Positions 57,325-64,000 of a stretch of 64,000 nt of DNA are shown in pieces. The position numbers and the translations under genes are program-made. The notes below the pieces were generated by a model, which had not been told where the DNA came from, made no database searches, and worked only from the letters and a program-made list of their open reading frames with translations. This DNA is from Eledone cirrhosa (lineage: Eukaryota), in the NCBI GenBank assembly GCA_964016885.1, contig OZ024759.1:11842001-11906000 (forward strand), read 5' to 3'. Numbering within the stretch: position 1 is the stretch's first letter; every line of letters starts with the position of its first letter.

Positions 57325-57400
57325 ATTACCTCATTACCAGAGGTTTCCCGAATAAGACGAATACAAGAAACGTCCTCATTCGTTCATCAGACAAGGCAAT
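57325..57400 (-). ncRNA. Type I hammerhead ribozyme, 10-bp stem I
   Basis: Reverse complement: attgccttgt-CTGATGA-aCGAATGAGGACG..CGTCTTATTCGg-GAAA-CC-tct-GG-TA-atgaggtaat. Confidence 0.75.
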
Positions 57401-57424
57401 TATTTATTATACATTATATATATA

Positions 57425-57903
57425 GAGTTACGTCCCTTTATCATCTGAGTTCAAATCCCGCCGAGGTTAACTTTGCCTTTCATCCTTACGGGGTCGATAA
57501 AATAAAGTACCAGTGATGCACTGGGTAATTGCTGGCCTTGTGCCAATAGTAGAAACAATTATATATATAGATATATATATGTGAAGGCACATGGCTTAGT
57601 GGTTAGGGCATTGGCCTTGCAATCGAAAGGTTGTGAGTTCAATTCTCAGACCAGGTGATGTGTTGTTTCCTTGAGCAAGACACTTTATTTCACATTGCTC
57701 CAGTTTACTCAGCTGTAGAAATGAGATGATAGGGACTGGGGTCCCTGTCGTGGAGGTGCCACGGCAAAAAAGCACCCAGCACTCACTGTAAATGAGGTTG
57801 GTGTTAGGAAGGGCATCCAGCTGTAGAAATCAAGCCAGCATCAGTTCCCGTCCCACCCTTGCAAGCAGGGAAAAGCGGACGTAAAATGAAATGATGATGA
57901 TGA

Positions 57904-57905
<2 letters not shown>
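57425..57905 (+). mobile_element. Family N SINE followed by family M SINE
   Basis: Consensus matches; the M copy has a small internal deletion. Confidence 0.88.
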
Positions 57906-57954
<49 letters not shown>

Positions 57955-58264
57955 TCAAGTCAGTGTTCCAGTCCTTATATAAAGAAATTTTAGTTTTTAC
58001 ATCAAACTTATTTTTTATTTTTAAATAAATTGAAAAGGAAACGTTGATATCTTTTTAGTTTGTTTTTTTACTTAACGATAATTGAACTGTTATCAGTTGG
58101 ACACATAGTTGCTTAGCAACACCTTTTCAAGGTAATCACTGGGGGGGGGGGCATGTCATGGGTTGTTGTTTAATATAGATTTCTAGATTAGCTGGACTCC
58201 ATCGTCTGGTCTTTCAACACTTACTGTCTCCTCCTTGGTCTCTTTCTTCTACAACACTGGCCAC

Positions 58265-59110
58265 TGCCCCTCTCTCCCCCATCTACCCTCTCTCCCTCCC
58301 TCCCTCTTCCTCACCCACCCACCCTCTATCTCCCTCCTCCTCCCTCACCCACCCACCCTCTATCTCCCTCCTCCCATCCAACCCTCTCCCTCACTCCATC
58401 CACCCTCTCACTCCTCTCTCCCTCCCTCACTCCCTCCCCATCTCTCACCTCATCCCTCTCCATCCCCCATCTACCCTCTCTCTCCCTCCCTCACCTCATC
58501 CCTCTCTCTCCCCCATCTGCCCTCCCTCACTCCTTCCCTCTCTCTCCCCCACTCTATCTCCCTCCTCCCATCCACCCTCTCCCTCCCTCCTCCACCCACC
58601 CTCTCTCTCCCTCCTTCACTCCCTCCCTCTCTCTCCCCCATCTACCCTCCCTCACTCTCCCTCACTCACTCCTTCCCTCTCCCCTCACTCCATCCCTCTC
58701 TCCCTTAGCCCCACCCCTCCTTCACCCCTCCCTGTCAATCATTACAAGATGTTAAGGGTTAATGCTGGATATCAGAAACCAACTATTTAGAAAATATCAC
58801 AGCTACTTAACCCACCCCTTCCCAACTACCCACCCTGGGGTTAGTGGGTACATCTGTTTTGAGTACCCACCCTGGGGTTAGTGGGTACATCTGTTTTGAG
58901 TACCCACCCAGGCAGCTGCTGACCCAACCCTCCCAACTACCCACCCTGGGGTTAGTGGGTACATCTGTTTTGAGTACCCACCCTGGGGTTAGTGGGTACA
59001 TCTGTTTTGAGTACCCACCCAGGCAGCTGCTGACCCAACCCTCCCAACTACCCACCCTGGGGTTAGTGGGTACATCTGTTTTGAGTACCCACCCAGGCAG
59101 CTGCTGACCC
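58265..59110. repeat. CT-rich tract, then short complex tandem repeats
   Basis: ggggttagtgggtacatctgttttgagtacccaccc five times at 58830-59095. Confidence 0.85.
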
Positions 59111-59796
59111 TACCCTTCCTAGCAAAGAAAGTGGACATCAAACGGTGATGATATTGAGTGTGATCCCTGATTATTGTGGACACTGGACATTCAAATCCCG
59201 CCAAAGTTAACTTTGCCTTTCATCCTTACGGGGTCGATAAAATAAAGTACCAGTAATGCACTGGGGTGATTGCTGGCCTTGTGCCAAAAGTAGAAATAAT
59301 TATTTTGGACATTGGCAGTATTGGTAAAGCGCTGGACGCCATGATTTGCAGCATAGAGTTATGTCCCTTTACGTTCTGAGTTCAAATCCTGCCAAAGTTA
59401 GCTTTGTCTTTAATCGACTTTCCCCTCCTCCAACTTGTTGGCCTTGTGCCTCAATCTGAAACTATTATGGTCATTTGTGCTGGGACGCACACATAATAAA
59501 ATATATATAATATGAAAACTAGAATGTGGTAGTTTCCTTGAAGCCTTGTGTATAGTAATGTAGAAAATAATTGTTTCTAATTTTGGCACAAGGCCAGCAA
59601 TTACCCCAGTGTATTACTGGTACTTTATTTTATCGACCCCGTAAGGATGAGAGGCAAAGTTAACCTTGACGAGATTTGAACTCGGACCGTAAAGGGACGT
59701 AACTCTCTGCTGCAAAACATGGGGTCCGATTCTCACGGTTAAGACTGTGAAATGGACAGTAAAATGAAAACAACTTTTACATTGTCTTAACCTGCT

Positions 59797-60358
59797 TAAC
59801 CCTTTATCATTTACATTACTCTATATATACTATTGTATTTTCACAGTAAAGGCTTTACCTCACATAATATCTCACATAACATTTACATTACTCTATATAT
59901 ACTATTGTATTTCACAGTAAAGACTTTACCTCACATAATATCTCACATAACATTTACATTACTCTATATATACTATTGTATTTTCACAGTAAAGGCTTTA
60001 CCTCACATAATATCTCACATAACATTTACATTACTCTATATATACTATTGTATTTTCACAGTAAATGCTTTACCTCACATAATATCTCACATAACATTTA
60101 CATTACTCTATATATACTATTGTATTGTCACAGTAAAGGCTTTACCTCACATAATATCTCACATAACATTTACATTACTCTATATATACTATTGTATTTT
60201 CATGGTAAAGGCTTTACCTCTCATAATATCGAATCTATGAGATTTTGATGTTATTTAATTTGAGAACAATACCTTAACATCAGTATGAGTGGCTGGTTAT
60301 GGCCAGTTTGAACAGAAAGATGTGAGAGAATTCGGGCTGGATATGGCTGGTAGGGTTA
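59797..60358. mobile_element. MITE family B with an internal 72-bp tandem expansion (about 6 units)
   Basis: TTAAccct...agggTTAA; unit catttacattactc...atctcacataa. Confidence 0.85.
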
Positions 60359-60429
60359 AAGATATCATTTATTGAAGATCTTTTAAATGTTTTTTTTTCA
60401 AATAATTTTTCTTCTCCCCTTCTGCACAG

Positions 60430-60680
60430 GTACAAGAATTAACAAGTCCCCCCCGAGCAAGCACTGTTGTGAAAGATTGTGTTATAGCATGTATGAAATC
60501 AACATATAAATTTATCTTCGACAACTGCTATGTACTGTATCAACGAGAGTTTCAAGATGCTACCGAAAGTAAAGAGGAACTAGAAGGACATAAATCAATG
60601 GAGTTTTGGCACAAGTTAATTGCCCTCACCGTTTCTGTTATTGAAGAAGACAAAAATAGCTACACACCTGTATTAAACCA
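60430..60680 (+). CDS. unc-13: UNC-13 exon (MUN/MHD1 region); gene continues beyond the window
   Basis: gcacag/gtaagt; [33 protein letters not shown]...[25 protein letters not shown](Q). Confidence 0.95.
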
Positions 60681-60709
60681 GTAAGTTTCCTTTCATTTCT
60701 TTTGTAGAG

Positions 60710-61345
60710 AGGACCCTTTCTTAGAGAATATGACCCCTTGGTAGATAGGGCCTACACTTTGATAAAGAGGACCTACTGTTTTGTAGGAAGGACCCTTTGA
60801 TAGAGAATATGACCCTTTGGTAGATAGGACCTACACTTTGATAAGGAGGACCTACTGTTTTGTAGGATGGACCCTTTGATAGAGAATATGACCCTTTGGT
60901 AGATAGGACCTACACTTTGATAAAGAGGACCCACTGTTTTGTAGGAAGGACCCTTTGATAGAGAATATGACCCTTTGGTAGATAGGACCTACACTTTGAT
61001 AAAGAGGACCCACTGTTTTGTAGGAAGGACCCTTTGATAGAGAATATGACCCTTTGGTAGATAGGACCTACACTTTGATAAAGAGGACCCACTGTTTTGT
61101 AGGAAGGACCCTTTGATAGAGAATATGACCCTTTGGTAGATAGGACCTACACTTTGATAAAGAGGACCCACTGTTTTGTAGGAAGGACCCTTTGATAGAG
61201 AATATGACCCTTTGGTAGATAGGACCTACACTTTGATAAAGAGGACCCACTGTTTTGTAGGAAGGACCCTTTGGTAGATAGGACCTACACTTTGATAAAG
61301 AGGACCCACTGTTTAGTAGGATGGACCCTTTGATAGAGAATATGA
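60710..61345. repeat. 79-bp minisatellite, about 8 units
   Basis: Identical ORFs offset by 79 nt in the track. Confidence 0.93.
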
Positions 61346-61877
61346 AATCTTTGGTCTTGTCGAAGATCTGACAACCTCTCTGTTGCTGGTGCTACGATAA
61401 AAATACACCCAGTACACTCTGTAAAGTGGTAGTACTGGTGGTATGATAAAACACACCCAGCAAAAGTTCAATTCCCAGGCCAGGTGATGTACTATGCCCT
61501 TGAACAAGTCTCTTTATTTCATGTTGCTCTTTCTGCCAGGAGTTGCAACTGGTACATAGTATCAGCAATGGAAAGACCAATGGAAATATTGTTTCCTTGG
61601 TAAGAATTAATTTTAATAGAAATTGATAAATTCGGCTATAATACATACATTTTTTTTTCTTTCTAAATAATTATATAAATTTTTTTATTATAATCTACTT
61701 TAAATAACATTGTTGAATTGATAATTTTTAACATAGATAATTATCTCCCTTATTCTAAAATAAATAATTTATCACATAATATTAAAGCATACTTAACTAT
61801 ATATATATATATTTTTTTTTTTTTTTAAATAAAATATAAAAAGAAGCATATCAACTATTAAATACTTTTCTATTCAT

Positions 61878-62218
61878 GGAGGCACATGGCTTAGTAGTTA
61901 GAACATTGGCCTTGCAATCGAAAGGTTGTGAGTTCAATTCTCAGACCAGGTGATGTGTTGTTTCCTTGAGCAAGACACTTTATTTCACATTGCTCCAGTT
62001 TACTCAGCTGTAGAAATGAGATGATAGGGACTGGGGTCCCTATCATTCCACTGCAAAGTGGTCATGGAGGTGCCACGGCAAAAAAGCAGCCAGCACTCAC
62101 TGTAAATGAGGTTGGTGTTAGGAAGGGCATCCAGCTGTAGAAATCAAGCCAGAATCAGTTCCCATCCCACCCTTGCAAGCAGGGAAAAGCGGACATAAAA
62201 TGATGATGATGATGATGA
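61878..62218 (+). mobile_element. SINE family M, full length
   Basis: Consensus match. Confidence 0.9.
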
Positions 62219-62744
62219 TTCAATCCTTTCATCATCTAAATATAAATAATAAAGGATAGCTTACCTCTAAATTCTTTAATCTAAATTCTTTCGCTGTTAT
62301 TATTATATCTCCATAATATTATTCCTGTCTTAACGGAATATTTTTTCTTGATACAATATATCCTTTTGATTTAATACCTATCTATAGTGATTATAAGTGA
62401 AATTAAGACTGAATAACGGTCAAATTTTGTTTGGTTTTTTCTGACCAATCTAATTACGCTATATTTTTAATAATTTACGAAATGTTTAAACCAACTGTAA
62501 TGTTTTCTCCCCAAACACATAACACCCCCTACGTGTTGAGGTTTTTCTAGTCACGTCCCTGGTGGTCAACGATCTGTCCAGTTCGTTTGTCTACCAGCAT
62601 ATCAGGAAAAAATTATACATTTTTCTATATATTTTGTCTGAGGAGAACATGTTTTGCTTTATGTTATACATAAAACTTTACATCTTCAAAATATATCTAA
62701 GGAAATAAATAGGGATGATATAAAGTATATATCTTTCGTTTATA

Positions 62745-63402
62745 TTACTACTATTATTATTATTATTATTACAGTTGCATTTATCTTGCTTTATGTTCAT
62801 ACAAGTTATCAACAAGTCACAACCAGTGACCTCAAGAGACAACAAGGTCCGCCATGTTCAAGAAAGAACATACATACACACACATGCATCTTTAGTGTTT
62901 AGACTTGTGATGTACTTATATTGACAGAATCTTCCTTAGTATATGGGCAGTTCCCATTAGTACTATCTTTTGTATTTCTCCTATACGCGGGTTTCCTGGG
63001 ATTTGCGATAAGTAATCATTAGACCCCTTAGGTATCATTCCCAGAGCGCCTACAAACACTGGTATTGTTTTAGTTCTCAATTTCCACATTTTTCCAATTT
63101 CTATCTCCAGGTCCTTATACTTGCTCAATTTTTCAAATGTTTTTATAGATACATTCTTGTCTATTGGAACAGACATATCAATTAGCAGGCATACCCTCTT
63201 TTTAAAGTCCTTCAATATTATATCAGGTCTATTTGCATCTATTTTTCGGTCTGTTTGGATGCTAAAGTTCCACAAGATTGAGATGTGATCTTTTTCAAGT
63301 ATGGGAGGTGGTTGATGCTCCCACCAATTCTTTTGATGGGGCAGGTCAAAATGCTTACACATTATCCAATGTATGTATTGTGCAGCTCTGTCATGCCTGT
63401 TT
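62745..63402 (-). mobile_element. 5'-truncated R4/Dong-like retrotransposon (REL domain and 3' UTR)
   Basis: RHDRAAQYIHW..LWNFSIQTD..NRPDIIL..LIDMSVP..EKLSKYKDL..VGALG..LMGTAHILRK; (TAA)n on both sides. Confidence 0.85.
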
Positions 63403-63437
63403 AGTTATTATTATTATTATTATTATTATTATTTTTA

Positions 63438-63645
63438 AAGGCGCTGGATTGGCAGTATCGGTAGAGAGTCGGACACCATGCTTTGCAGCAAAGAGTTACG
63501 CCCCTTTATGGTCTGAGTTCAAATCCTGCCGAGGTTAACTTTGCCTTTCATCCTTACGGGGTCGATAAAATAAAGTACCAGTAATGTACTGGGATAATTG
63601 GTGGCCTTGTGCCAAAAGTAGAAACAATTATTATTATTATTATTA
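63438..63645 (+). mobile_element. SINE family N, full length
   Basis: Consensus match with (att)n tail. Confidence 0.88.
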
Positions 63646-63868
63646 TTATATATATATATGTGCGTGTATTAATATAGATAGGTGGATATAAATATATACA
63701 TATATATAAATACATATGTATACATATATATGTGTGTATATATATATATATATATCAATGATAATCCATAACACTCTAGTTTGTAAGTAATGATTAAAAT
63801 GTAGAATTATTGATTTTTCTACATCAAAGCAACATCAATAACCATTAATAATACATATATATATATAT

Positions 63869-63928
<60 letters not shown>

Positions 63929-63946
63929 CATATATATATACATACA

Positions 63947-63979
<33 letters not shown>

Positions 63980-64000
63980 GCGTGCATGTGTGTGTCTGTA

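Overview
AT-rich, repeat-dense animal genomic DNA, not prokaryotic. The SINE types and intron style suggest an octopus-like cephalopod (inference). The only host gene I can support is nine + strand coding exons of unc-13/Munc13 (36538-60680), covering the Ca2+-binding C2B domain and the start of the MUN region; their splice phases join in frame. I found no exon in the first 36.5 kb, which is probably one long intron. The rest is tRNA-derived SINEs, decayed non-LTR retrotransposons (CR1-like, RTE, CRE-like, R4/Dong-like), TTAA-flanked MITEs, micro/minisatellites and inverted repeats resembling Penelope ends. Most long ORFs in the track are satellite artefacts. The most notable signals are: (1) about a dozen type I hammerhead-ribozyme folds of several families in the introns, some in inverted pairs; (2) minisatellites that amplify unc-13 exon ends together with their splice donors; (3) two MITEs flanked by long TTAA-to-TTAA direct duplications; (4) satellites traceable to MITE and LINE parts. 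All structures were folded and aligned by eye, and repeat boundaries are approximate.
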